This document shows, in pieces, positions 41,002 to 50,884 of a stretch of DNA of 64,000 bases. This DNA is from an uncultured virus (IMG/VR IMGVR_UViG_3300010157_000055) (taxonomy: Duplodnaviria > Heunggongvirae > Uroviricota > Caudoviricetes). The DNA lies in the IMG/VR virus record IMGVR_UViG_3300010157_000055. One strand, given 5' to 3'. Numbering within the stretch: position 1 is the stretch's first letter; each line of letters starts with the position of its first letter. The translations under genes and the position numbers were made by a program. The notes beneath the pieces were generated by a model. It did not search any database, had not been told where the DNA came from, and saw only the letters and a list, made by a program, of their open reading frames with translations.

Positions 41002-41032
41002 AAAAGGGCTCTTAGGAGTCCTTTTTTTTTTT
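41002..41032 (+). terminator. Intrinsic terminator
   Basis: AAAAGGGCTC-TTAG-GAGTCC followed by a long T run. Confidence 0.85.
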
Positions 41033-41167
41033 GACTAAAATATATTTTCCTAGGCCATTAAAAAACTGTGGTTTTTTAGATAAATATTAGTCGCCCAACC
41101 AACAGCACAACAGTCATTATGGCAACATACGAATAGACATTGCCACTTACACCTGTTATAATAGACT

Positions 41168-42625
41168 ATGCCTGGAATAACTAGATTAGAAATCCGCGAT
41201 GAAGTGAATGTCAAGTTCCATGACCTTGACCCTAGCACTCGTCGCAAATGCGAAACCAAATTAAAGTACCAACTACCCTATGCATACCATGTGCCTGCAT
41301 TTAGGTTAGGCAGGTGGGATGGTAAGATAAGTTTCTTTACCACTGCTGGATCAACATATTTAAACTTGTTGGATCGAGTGCTACCTATTCTCGATGAGGA
41401 AGGCTGGCAAGTTGAGATTGACGATCGTAGACAAGCACATAATTTTGCTTTTGTAGAAGTTACCGAAGACACCTTTAGTCATATAGTTTGGCCCAAAGGA
41501 CATCCTGCACAAGGTCAGCCTATTGTAATTAGAGACTACCAGGTGGAATGTATCAATCGCTTCCTTGCCAACCCACATGGTGTTCAAGAGATTGCCACAG
41601 GTGCAGGCAAGACATTGATGACAGCGGCCATGAGTCTAACTTGTGAACCGTATGGCCGCACAGTTGTTATTGTACCCAACAAAGACCTGGTACGGCAGAC
41701 ACATGCAGACTATGTCAACATGGGATTAGATGTTGGTGTATACTTTGGTGATGAGAAAGACCTTGGCCATACACATACCATTGCAACATGGCAAAGCATT
41801 AACTCCTTAATCAAACGAAGCAAGGAAGGAACCAGTGCAATTGGGATTGAAGCAATTACAGATGACCTGATTGCAGTTATTGTTGACGAAGTACATATGG
41901 CCAAGGCTGATGTGCTTAAAACAATGTTGACAGGTCCGTTTGCAAATGTTCCAATCCGTTGGGGGTTGACAGGTACCATTCCCAAAGAAGAACATGAGTA
42001 TGTTAGCTTACTGGCCAGCCTTGGAAATGTACTACACAGATTACAGGCCAGTGAACTACAAGACATTGGTGTACTGAGCAATTGCCATGTTAAGGTGCTA
42101 CAGTTTGATGACAAGGTAGAATACAAAACCTATCAAGAAGAATTGACATACCTGACCAGTAATGAACGCAGGCTGGACGAACTTGCCAAAACAATTGATG
42201 CCATTAGTCAAGGTGGAAATACTTTGGTCTTGGTTGATCGTATTGCATCGGGTAAGATGCTGGTTGAGCGGCTACCAGAGAGTGTGTTTGTATCTGGAGC
42301 AATGAAGTCAAAGGATAGGAAAGACGAATATGATGAAGTTACCCTTGCAACAAATAAAATTATTGTGGCCACTTATGGTGTGGCTTCTGTGGGCATTAAT
42401 ATACCTAGGATCTTTAACTTGGTTTTGGTTGAACCTGGAAAGAGTTTTGTTAGGGTTATACAAAGTATCGGTCGCGGTATTAGAAAAGCAGAAGACAAAG
42501 ACTTTGTCCAGATATGGGACATAACAAGCACAGCAAAGTTTGCCAAAAGACACTTGACCAAGCGCAAGAAATTTTATGAAGAAGCAAACTATCCATATCA
42601 AACTGAAAAGGTAATTTATAAATGA
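41168..42625 (+). CDS. uvsW: SF2 DNA helicase (UvsW-like)
   Basis: RDYQ, ATGAGKT, VDEVH, GLTGT, VGINIP and QSIGRGIR; promoter TAGACA-N17-TATAAT at 41134-41162. Confidence 0.88.
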   Translation: MPGITRLEIRDEVNVKFHDLDPSTRRKCETKLKYQLPYAYHVPAFRLGRWDGKISFFTTAGSTYLNLLDRVLPILDEEGWQVEIDDRRQAHNFAFVEVTEDTFSHIVWPKGHPAQGQPIVIRDYQVECINRFLANPHGVQEIATGAGKTLMTAAMSLTCEPYGRTVVIVPNKDLVRQTHADYVNMGLDVGVYFGDEKDLGHTHTIATWQSINSLIKRSKEGTSAIGIEAITDDLIAVIVDEVHMAKADVLKTMLTGPFANVPIRWGLTGTIPKEEHEYVSLLASLGNVLHRLQASELQDIGVLSNCHVKVLQFDDKVEYKTYQEELTYLTSNERRLDELAKTIDAISQGGNTLVLVDRIASGKMLVERLPESVFVSGAMKSKDRKDEYDEVTLATNKIIVATYGVASVGINIPRIFNLVLVEPGKSFVRVIQSIGRGIRKAEDKDFVQIWDITSTAKFAKRHLTKRKKFYEEANYPYQTEKVIYK

Positions 42626-43128
42626 GAATATTAACAGTTGATAATCTGTCATACGACCTAGATCGTCTACCAGAAGAAATTGACGAAGACTTGCGCTACG
42701 GAGTACTTGACTACAGCAATCCTGCTGATGTTGACTATGTCTTTGTACCATTGGTTTTCTTAGAGAGCTTTAGTTGTCCTGCGGCAGTATTGCGTATTGG
42801 AAAACATGAACTCAAAGTGCCATTGGACTGGTCACTGATCATTGGCGAACCTGATCACGGCGAACCAGAGATTATCAATGTTATGAGTCTCAATGATAGA
42901 GGCTTTAGTACATTTGTGTTTAACCCAATCAACGGCTACAAACCCGAGTGGATGAAGGTTGAGGTAATCAACATCTATCAAGAAGTCAAATGGTATGTGC
43001 CCAAGTTGAAGTTTGGTCATGTGTTGGCAGTTCCTTTAGAACATACCAAGGAACCAGTGTGTGCGTTCTTTCTAAAAGAAACAAATAAAATTCCAGAAGT
43101 ACTTGACTTAAACAAGATTTGGTTTTAA
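42622..43128 (+). CDS. Hypothetical protein
   Basis: 168 aa, coupled to the helicase gene. Confidence 0.7.
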   Translation: MRILTVDNLSYDLDRLPEEIDEDLRYGVLDYSNPADVDYVFVPLVFLESFSCPAAVLRIGKHELKVPLDWSLIIGEPDHGEPEIINVMSLNDRGFSTFVFNPINGYKPEWMKVEVINIYQEVKWYVPKLKFGHVLAVPLEHTKEPVCAFFLKETNKIPEVLDLNKIWF

Positions 43129-43137
43129 AATACACAT

Positions 43138-43629
43138 ATGGCCACCAAAAAGAAAGAACCGGCTTCAGCAAAATATCAACTGCCAATTGATCAGGTAATG
43201 ACTGCTGTTGACCTACGCAAGGGCACTTTCTACGACAAGTTGGATGACGATGGTCGTAAATCTCTAAGCACTTTTATGGCACAGCGTTGGGCCAGTCAAG
43301 TACAAGGCACCAGAGATGTACAGGAACAATATCTAATAGATGTGAATGCCTACAGCAATGTTGACTACATAGCAACAACCAGCACTCATGAGGAACTACG
43401 ATGGAAGGCTCTGGCCCTGGTTGGCTTGGGTGTCAAACTCAGGCACGAATTCATTCCGCCCATTGGTGTCAAGAAAGACAAACTGACAGCATGGCTTATT
43501 GAGAAGTTTCCACAACTTGGTGCAGAGGAAATAGAATTGTTCAAATCTATCAACAGCACAGAAGATCTAGAAGACATTGCCCGGGCACAAAACATGGGTA
43601 ATAAAGAATTCAAGGAATTGTTTAAATAA
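43138..43629 (+). CDS. Hypothetical protein, possibly clamp-loader small subunit (gp62-like)
   Basis: Size, replication context and the weak pattern FMAQRWAS only. Confidence 0.35.
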   Translation: MATKKKEPASAKYQLPIDQVMTAVDLRKGTFYDKLDDDGRKSLSTFMAQRWASQVQGTRDVQEQYLIDVNAYSNVDYIATTSTHEELRWKALALVGLGVKLRHEFIPPIGVKKDKLTAWLIEKFPQLGAEEIELFKSINSTEDLEDIARAQNMGNKEFKELFK

Positions 43630-43631
43630 AC

Positions 43632-44321
43632 ATGATTGATTATCAATGTAAATTTTGTAATAAAGCATTTACTAGAGAACGGACTTTGAGTAGCCACATG
43701 TGCGAGAAGAAACGCAGATGGATGAGCAAAGATGAAATTGCTGATAGAATTGCTTTCAGTGTATGGTCGGATTTTATGAAGTATGTGAGTCCTAATACAA
43801 AGAAAGTTAAAACAGTTGACGATTTTATAAAAAGCGCAGACTACATAGGCTTTGTAAAATTTGCTAACTATTTGATAGACCTCAAGCCGTTAGAAAGCGA
43901 CAAGTTTATACATTGGTTATTTAAAATGGGAGTTAGGTTGAGTGATTGGCAGAAGCCAGGAACTTATCAACTCTATGTACAAGAGGCCGCCAAAAAAGAA
44001 ACAGCCGATCGTGCGTTGGAAAGAACTATCATCTCAATGAGAGAATGGAGTGAAGTATCCGGGGAAGATTGGCAGGAATTTTTTAATAAAATTGCTCCAT
44101 CTACTGCAATGAACATGGTGGTAATGGGTAGGCTTAGTCCTTGGATTATATATTCAACCACTGCCGCACAGTCATTGTTAGATAGAATGGAACCAGGCCA
44201 AATTGAAACGGTAACAAAACATGTGGACACAGAATGGTGGAAAAAGAAATTAAAAGAAAACCCGCAAGAAGCAGTATGGATAAACACAACAATGCAACAG
44301 GCGATCGGTTTGTCGAGTTAG
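43632..44321 (+). CDS. Protein with an N-terminal zinc-finger-like motif
   Basis: YQCKFCNKAFTRERTLSSHMC. Confidence 0.65.
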   Translation: MIDYQCKFCNKAFTRERTLSSHMCEKKRRWMSKDEIADRIAFSVWSDFMKYVSPNTKKVKTVDDFIKSADYIGFVKFANYLIDLKPLESDKFIHWLFKMGVRLSDWQKPGTYQLYVQEAAKKETADRALERTIISMREWSEVSGEDWQEFFNKIAPSTAMNMVVMGRLSPWIIYSTTAAQSLLDRMEPGQIETVTKHVDTEWWKKKLKENPQEAVWINTTMQQAIGLSS

Positions 44322-44437
44322 AGGCTAAACTTGCCGAGTTTATTGATAAACTAGAAATAGTTGCAATAGAAATGGAAAAAATTAAAGCACAGCAAAACGA
44401 CTTAATAAAAATGGTTAAAGATAAATTTAAAAAATGA
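44276..44437 (+). CDS. Small coiled-coil protein
   Basis: Fills the gap and its stop overlaps the next ATG; start codon uncertain. Confidence 0.4.
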   Translation: MDKHNNATGDRFVELEAKLAEFIDKLEIVAIEMEKIKAQQNDLIKMVKDKFKK

Positions 44438-45018
44438 ACTTGCCTGACGTAGACATTGACTTTGCAGATAGAGAACAGGTACTTAAATTGTTGCCGCATA
44501 TACCTGCGACACAAAAGTCCAACCAAGCAACCCAAAAGCACAAAACAGGAGTGTACTTTCATCCTGTGCCAGTAAACCCTTTTACTGGTTGGTGCGACAT
44601 AGATTATAAAGAAGCAGAAGCATTGGGATTTTTTAAAGTGGACTTGCTTAATGTAAGTTTGTACAATGGAATCCAAAGTAAAGAACATTTGGATCGACTA
44701 GCCAACCAGGAGCCATTATGGGATCTGCTACTACAGGACGACTTTGTAAATCTGTTATTTCATTTGAACGGGCATGGAGATATTCTCCGGAAGACCCAGC
44801 CGACTTCCGTGGAACAATTGTCTGCGGTCCTAGCAATGATACGCCCGGCCAAACGCTATCTGATTGGGAAGCCATGGACGACGATTATGAAGGAAGTATG
44901 GACGAAGCCAGAGAGTGGTGATTACTTCTTTAAGAAGAGTCACGCAACAGCCTATGCAGTGGCCATTGTGGCTCAAATGAATCTGATCTGTGAAAAGATC
45001 AGTTATGGATACAGTTAA
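44434..45018 (+). CDS. Miniature family-C DNA polymerase (DnaE alpha catalytic core fragment)
   Basis: PDVDIDF, KH.TGV, GFFKVDLL, LAMIRP and YFFKKSHATAYA, in DnaE order. Confidence 0.85.
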   Translation: MNLPDVDIDFADREQVLKLLPHIPATQKSNQATQKHKTGVYFHPVPVNPFTGWCDIDYKEAEALGFFKVDLLNVSLYNGIQSKEHLDRLANQEPLWDLLLQDDFVNLLFHLNGHGDILRKTQPTSVEQLSAVLAMIRPAKRYLIGKPWTTIMKEVWTKPESGDYFFKKSHATAYAVAIVAQMNLICEKISYGYS

Positions 45019-45389
45019 TCTAGCTTTCTAATAAGGCTAATTTGACGGCGTTTTGTCCGTTTAGTAATGACATTTGTTAGACTAGTCTGATATCCATACA
45101 GCATTTCAAAGTCCTTTGTGCTGTAGGTTTTTAGGGTGTAGGCAAATCTTCGCATAGGTTCTTTTAGCACTATGTTGATTGGTATAACTCGATTACTCCC
45201 CCACCACCATTCCTCGCCACACGCAACGAATAGAAGCTTGTCTTCTTCGTCTTTTAATGAGTTATAAACATACATTGTAACAACCGTTTGATCGCTGTTT
45301 TGTATAATTCCAACTAGTTCTTGGTCGCCGTACCGAACCAAACTCATGAAAGGGAATCGTTCTAGAAATTCTTTTACTTTAGGATCCAT
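45015..45389 (-). CDS. Hypothetical protein
   Basis: 124 aa; minus-strand TAAGTA 6 nt before the ATG. Confidence 0.7.
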   Translation of the reverse strand: MDPKVKEFLERFPFMSLVRYGDQELVGIIQNSDQTVVTMYVYNSLKDEEDKLLFVACGEEWWWGSNRVIPINIVLKEPMRRFAYTLKTYSTKDFEMLYGYQTSLTNVITKRTKRRQISLIRKLD

Positions 45390-45436
45390 TGCATTTACTT
45401 AGCATTTTAAAGATCCACTTGTTGCTAAATAATGAC

Positions 45437-46246
45437 ATGGCCACTTTAAACTTAACAATTCCAACGGTATCTTTAAACTATGCGGGTGCAGGTACCGGCC
45501 CCAGTAGTACACGATATGTTTCAGACTATACCGACCAACGCATAACTTGGTTTAAGGGTGTAGATAACTTGCTTGATATCACCATTGTGGGTTCAGATCG
45601 CAGACCGGTTAGTCTGTTGCACAGAGAAGTCACAATGACAATGTGGAATAGAGAAACTGGCGGCGTGATTTTCCGACGTCGCGCAATTTCAACAAGTCCA
45701 GAAAACGGACAGGCCCGCCTAACCGTTTTTGCCAGAGACCTAATGATGCTTGGCCAAGGCCTTTATACCATTGCCGCAACCTTTGTAGATGATAGAGGAT
45801 TAGAAACTGCCCTAACTTGGAACCGTGCAAGAGTTGCCGCATTTGATGTTGAAGTAAAAGACGCACCTGTTCCAACAACTCGTAGCACATATGAAATTAC
45901 CAACTATACCTATGTTGCAGAAAACTTAGGTTCAATTTGGGCATCATCTGGATTTGATGGACCAACTTTCTATAGGAAAGAAACCTCCCTGTTCTCTGTT
46001 GCAGTATATGCAAGCAATTGGACAGGAACATTAATTGTACAAGGTACATTAGACAATTCAATAAACAGTTCAACATTGTGGGCAGATTTAAAACCACAAG
46101 CTGATACCACAGCCGTATTAACATACAATGGCTTCACAGGTATTGATCCATGGAACTATTACGCCGGCGTTAGATGGTTGCGTATTGTTAGACACACGGA
46201 CGCATTGAACGCTGGAACCCTTGACAAAGTCCAAATAAGAGTGTAA
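45437..46246 (+). CDS. Hypothetical beta-rich late (virion?) protein
   Basis: TAAATA 5 nt before ATG 45437. Confidence 0.65.
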   Translation: MATLNLTIPTVSLNYAGAGTGPSSTRYVSDYTDQRITWFKGVDNLLDITIVGSDRRPVSLLHREVTMTMWNRETGGVIFRRRAISTSPENGQARLTVFARDLMMLGQGLYTIAATFVDDRGLETALTWNRARVAAFDVEVKDAPVPTTRSTYEITNYTYVAENLGSIWASSGFDGPTFYRKETSLFSVAVYASNWTGTLIVQGTLDNSINSSTLWADLKPQADTTAVLTYNGFTGIDPWNYYAGVRWLRIVRHTDALNAGTLDKVQIRV

Positions 46247-46258
46247 ACTAAACTCTAT

Positions 46259-47227
46259 ATGAGTCTAGTTGAAAACACATTACGGGCACACCTACCTGCA
46301 TTAAAATCAAGTTCCAATGGTTGGCTGACCATGAACTGTCCTATGTGTGTGCAAAATGGACAAGCAAGACCTGACACCAAGCACAGAGGTGGATTTAAAT
46401 TTGAACACGATAGGTCGGGCTATCATTGTTTCAATTGCAGTTATACAACAGGCTGGCGCCCAGGACAACGATTGGGATTTAAACTAATCAAGTTGATGCG
46501 AGTGCTGGGCATCGACGAAGGCGAAATACAAAGATTAAAAATACAACTATGGGATCAGGTAGTTGCAGACGATACCATAATTGAAGAACCATTTAAGAAG
46601 CCAGACTGGCCAGAAATAACTTGGCCATGGACAGTTAGAGACTTGACCATTGAAGCCGCAGAGTATCTAGACAGCAGAGGCGTATTAGAATTAAGTGACT
46701 GGTATACCAGTGCAAGTCCTTTACAAAGTATGGATAGTCGTGTTATACTACCCTATACCAGCAACGGCAGGATAGTTGGATATACAGCACGATGGATTGG
46801 TGATGTACCAGACAAAAAAACTGCAAAGATGATTACCAGCAGGCCACCAAGCTTTGTATTCAATCTAGATCATCAAAGTCATTTGCGTAAGTATACAATT
46901 GTTACAGAAGGCGAGTATGATGCACTGACACTGGATGGCGTTGCAATTATGACCAATAGCATTAGTCCAGAACAGGCAAAGATTATTGAAGACATTGACA
47001 ACGAACCAGTTGTGCTACCAGACAGAGATCGTGCTGGTATGACCTTGGCAATGCAAGCGGCCGAGCTTGGGTGGAGCGTGAGCTTTCCAGATTGGCCAGA
47101 TGGCATCAAAGATGCAAACGAAGCCGCCCAGCGGTTTGGAAGAGTTGCGGTGGTACAAAGTGTGTTATCGGCGATTGAGAGCTCGCCATTGAAGATTAAA
47201 TTACTATGCAGGCGGTGGTGTGTATAA
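46259..47227 (+). CDS. DNA primase (gp61/DnaG-like)
   Basis: Zn-binding CPMC..HCFNC; TOPRIM VTEGEYDA and PDRDRAG; KDANE. Confidence 0.9.
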   Translation: MSLVENTLRAHLPALKSSSNGWLTMNCPMCVQNGQARPDTKHRGGFKFEHDRSGYHCFNCSYTTGWRPGQRLGFKLIKLMRVLGIDEGEIQRLKIQLWDQVVADDTIIEEPFKKPDWPEITWPWTVRDLTIEAAEYLDSRGVLELSDWYTSASPLQSMDSRVILPYTSNGRIVGYTARWIGDVPDKKTAKMITSRPPSFVFNLDHQSHLRKYTIVTEGEYDALTLDGVAIMTNSISPEQAKIIEDIDNEPVVLPDRDRAGMTLAMQAAELGWSVSFPDWPDGIKDANEAAQRFGRVAVVQSVLSAIESSPLKIKLLCRRWCV

Positions 47228-47426
47228 AGTAAAGATAAACTGGAAACTGGATCAGGATACTGATGACTGGTGGAACATGGCATGTATTTGGATGATAGAA
47301 GAGTTTGGTCTTCCAGGTGACAAGTATAAAACAGAAGTAACGGAAGATTATATGATATTTGATTTCGAAGAAAAAGAAAATGCAATGATAGCCGCATTGC
47401 GATGGGGGAATGAATATGGCAGATGA
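47220..47426 (+). CDS. Hypothetical protein
   Basis: 68 aa, coupled between primase and helicase. Confidence 0.6.
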   Translation: MYKVKINWKLDQDTDDWWNMACIWMIEEFGLPGDKYKTEVTEDYMIFDFEEKENAMIAALRWGNEYGR

Positions 47427-48930
47427 AATTAAAGAGTATGGATTTGAACTACAGAAATTGTTCTTAGAGTTTCTAGTAAGCAACAGAGACTTGGCGGCAA
47501 GATGTCAAAATGTGTTGGATCCAGAACACTTTGACAGACGACTCAGAGCCGCCGCAGAATTTATTAAGAACTATGTAAACGAACATGGTAACATTCCGGA
47601 TGTTTTACAAGTAAAAGCAACAACAAACACAGAGTTACAAAATTTACAAGAACGCTCAACAGAACACAGTGATTGGTTCTTGACTGAGTTTGAAGGCTTT
47701 AGTCGACACAAGGCAATCGAAGGAGCAATTCTTAAGAGTGCAGACATGCTGGATAAAGGCATGTACGGTACAGTTGAAAAGTTAATTAAGGATGCAGTTC
47801 AAATTGGATTGCCCAAGACATTTGGCACAGACTATTTTGCAGACCCAAGTGGTAGATTGACAGCACTCAAAGACAACAACGGACAGTTGAGCACTGGTTG
47901 GAAAACTCTTGATGATAAACTGTATGGTGGATTCAATAAAGGCGAGTTGAATATCTTTGCCGGAGCATCAGGTGCAGGTAAGAGTTTGTTTTTACAGAAC
48001 CTTGGACTGAACTGGGCAATGAGTGGATTGAATACTGTTTACTTTAGTTTGGAGCTCAGCGAGGGCTTATGTGCCATGCGTATGGATGCCATGCTGTCTG
48101 ACACGCCAACCAGAGAAGTGTTTAAGAAACTAGAGGATGTGGATCTCAAAGTGCGTATGGCAGGAAAGAAAGCCGGCATCCTACAAATTGTACAGTTGAC
48201 AAATGGTGTAACTCCAAATGACTTGTTGGCGTGGGTAAGAGAATTTCAAACTCAGCGCAAGATTAAAGTGGATGCTATCTTGGTTGACTACTTGGACTTG
48301 ATGATGCCAGCAGGACAGAAGATCAGCGTCAGCGACATGTTTGTCAAAGACAAGTTGGTAGCAGAGGAACTGCGTAACCTAGTGGTCAATGAGCAGTTGT
48401 TATTGGCAACAGCGTCACAGTTGAATCGTAGTGCAGTTGAAAGTGTGGAGTTTGACCACAGTATGATTGCAGGCGGCCTATCTAAGATTCAAACAGCTGA
48501 CAATGTGTTTGGTATCTACAGTACTCCAACAATGCGTGAGCGTTGTATGGTACAAATACAATTTATGAAAACTCGTAGCTCTAGTGCAGTTGGACAGAAG
48601 ATTGACTTGAGTTTTAATCCGGATACTTTGCGTATCACAGACATGGCAGGTGATAATAGTGCCAGCACATCTAGAGCCAGTGATGTATATGAAAAGATCA
48701 AGTCTAGGACAAATTTAGGAACAACAGTAACACCAACGCTGTCTACCAAATGGGAAAAGCCACAGGCCAAAGAAGGATTTGATTTAGAAAAGCCGCAGGG
48801 AGGTACACATGCTTGGGATATTCCACCAAATAATTCTGGTGCAAATGGACAAGTGACACCTGCGTCTGTACCAGTTGCCAGTAATGCCAATAGAGATGCA
48901 CTACGAGCGATTGTCAGTCGTGAAACTTGA
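47416..48930 (+). CDS. Replicative DnaB-like helicase (gp41-like)
   Basis: STGW..LD..LYGG, AGASGAGKS, SLELSE, VDYLDLM, TASQLNR and MKTRSS. Confidence 0.93.
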   Translation: MADEIKEYGFELQKLFLEFLVSNRDLAARCQNVLDPEHFDRRLRAAAEFIKNYVNEHGNIPDVLQVKATTNTELQNLQERSTEHSDWFLTEFEGFSRHKAIEGAILKSADMLDKGMYGTVEKLIKDAVQIGLPKTFGTDYFADPSGRLTALKDNNGQLSTGWKTLDDKLYGGFNKGELNIFAGASGAGKSLFLQNLGLNWAMSGLNTVYFSLELSEGLCAMRMDAMLSDTPTREVFKKLEDVDLKVRMAGKKAGILQIVQLTNGVTPNDLLAWVREFQTQRKIKVDAILVDYLDLMMPAGQKISVSDMFVKDKLVAEELRNLVVNEQLLLATASQLNRSAVESVEFDHSMIAGGLSKIQTADNVFGIYSTPTMRERCMVQIQFMKTRSSSAVGQKIDLSFNPDTLRITDMAGDNSASTSRASDVYEKIKSRTNLGTTVTPTLSTKWEKPQAKEGFDLEKPQGGTHAWDIPPNNSGANGQVTPASVPVASNANRDALRAIVSRET

Positions 48931-49377
48931 TCACTTTAATTCAAATGGGTCTTTGGGGTCTTTTGGCTCTTCATCGTCGATGTCAAATCCAACATATCGA
49001 TCGTCTGTTTCATCTGGATCGTTATCTAGTTCTTTCTCATTGTCGCGATTGAATTTTGCAATGTCATTTTTTAAACGATTCATCAGCCCATTGTCACTTG
49101 CAATAATGTCAATCATGCTGGTAAATGCAGAGGTAATTGTTTTTGCTTCAGCAGTACTAACTGGCTGTTGGTTTGACATTTTGTTCAAAATTTGCATGAA
49201 TCTGCTGGCTGTTTTACCATCAACCAGCGGGCGAAGCGCAACTTTTAATCTCAACAGGTCACCAGTGGATATGTCGTGGTCAGGTTCACCAGTATCACTG
49301 TGTGTATTATATTCGGAAATTTGCTCTAGCTTGTTGGCTAAGTTACGCAATTCCTGTGCGCCGGGTGACAGTTCCAC
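48931..49377 (-). CDS. Hypothetical protein
   Basis: GTG start with AGGAG RBS; minus-strand TAAATA at 49402-49407. Confidence 0.65.
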   Translation of the reverse strand: MELSPGAQELRNLANKLEQISEYNTHSDTGEPDHDISTGDLLRLKVALRPLVDGKTASRFMQILNKMSNQQPVSTAEAKTITSAFTSMIDIIASDNGLMNRLKNDIAKFNRDNEKELDNDPDETDDRYVGFDIDDEEPKDPKDPFELK

Positions 49378-49424
49378 TTTTTAGATCTCCTATTTCAATT
49401 CTATTTACCATAAATAACTTAATC

Positions 49425-49676
49425 ATGCGTAAACACACTCGTAGTATATTAGATGAAATTACCGGGCTAGTACCCAAGCAAGACAAGCACTTGCTAATTG
49501 AGGGTCTAGCTGTACAGGCCATTGCCCGTGTAATTAATCTAGTAGAAGTAATACAACAAAACTATCCTCAACATCAGTCTGAGGAACTAATTCGACGATT
49601 GCAATTGGCCATCAAAAATGGTGATCCTGCTAAATTTACCCGCGGTGTACGCTCAATAAAGGAAAACGAACTGTGA
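49425..49676 (+). CDS. Hypothetical protein
   Basis: TAAATA at 49411; ATG 49425 (MRKHTRSILDEI). Confidence 0.65.
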   Translation: MRKHTRSILDEITGLVPKQDKHLLIEGLAVQAIARVINLVEVIQQNYPQHQSEELIRRLQLAIKNGDPAKFTRGVRSIKENEL

Positions 49677-50884
49677 AAATTCGTGAATTGCAAAGACAAA
49701 AATTAAAAGAAGGCTTCTTAGACAATTTAATTTCTAAGGTCAAAGACATGGCTGGCGGAGATGGCCCCACTGGAATTGTCCGAAGCTTGATGGGTCAAGC
49801 GCCTAATCTAAACAAATTAGCAGACGAAATTGCCAACAATGCCAGAAGTAAAATACTCACCAGATTGGGCAATCAAATCAATGCTATTAAAAATGGAACA
49901 GCACCAACACCAATTGGACTTATTTTCCAACAAGCTCTGGCTGTTGCCGGTAACATTGCCAATGGTGAAGAGGGTGTCAAGTTCAATCCAGCGCAAATTA
50001 AAGCAACTATTTCAAGCAAAGGAAATGAGCTTTTAAAAATTGTGCTGAATGGTGATGCCGCCAGCGATGACACAGTGACACAAGTGTACAACGCAATTCA
50101 ATCAGGCACTCCAGAAATAACACTTGCAAATGATATCAATGTAACAATCAAAACTGTTGGAATGATAGTGGCGGCCGCACTGGTTTATATTTCAACTCAG
50201 GCCGAGGATAATCCTGGTGCTGGATTCAAAATAGATCCAACGCTGTTGAGTAAGTTCAACAACAGTGGAGAGCAAATTATTACCACATTGGTAAACCCAA
50301 CATCGCCTGTGCTACGGTCATTGAAACCAACGCCACAGTACAAAGATAACTTGGAAAACTTGATTGCAAACCTGGTCAACGAGTTGATGGAATTCACTGA
50401 CAAGTCAGTGGAGGAAATACAGGCCGCTGGAGTCAGTCCAAAATTGGTCAGCCTGGCACAAATTGAAACTGCATTGGGTGGGCATGATATCAATGTAGAT
50501 GTTGCAGTAGTAAAGGATGCGGCCAGGAAATTGAACTTGCAAATTACAAATTTAACAAAAGCATTTTTAAGTTCTGCCGCACTAGAAGCACAAGCAACTG
50601 GATCCGCTGATCGTTCTTGGCAACAGTTGGTCAAGCCTTGGGGTCAAAAAATTATGACTTCATTGGATAATTTAAATCTTGCTGGCGGAAAACCCGGAGA
50701 CGCACCAACAACTACACCACCTGAAGTTGAGGATACCTTTAAAAAGGCAGACGAAGCAGGAGATGCGGCCCGTAGTGCTCTTAGAAAAAACGCAGGCGAA
50801 TCTAACGAGGACTTTATTGCCCGGGGCTATGCAGAATCTGACAGAGCAAGAACAGAGTACTTGAAGGCAAACCCAACACCATGA
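49673..50884 (+). CDS. Hypothetical, probable internal virion protein
   Basis: AAGGA RBS; N-terminus MKIREL..LKE/G. Confidence 0.6.
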   Translation: MKIRELQRQKLKEGFLDNLISKVKDMAGGDGPTGIVRSLMGQAPNLNKLADEIANNARSKILTRLGNQINAIKNGTAPTPIGLIFQQALAVAGNIANGEEGVKFNPAQIKATISSKGNELLKIVLNGDAASDDTVTQVYNAIQSGTPEITLANDINVTIKTVGMIVAAALVYISTQAEDNPGAGFKIDPTLLSKFNNSGEQIITTLVNPTSPVLRSLKPTPQYKDNLENLIANLVNELMEFTDKSVEEIQAAGVSPKLVSLAQIETALGGHDINVDVAVVKDAARKLNLQITNLTKAFLSSAALEAQATGSADRSWQQLVKPWGQKIMTSLDNLNLAGGKPGDAPTTTPPEVEDTFKKADEAGDAARSALRKNAGESNEDFIARGYAESDRARTEYLKANPTP

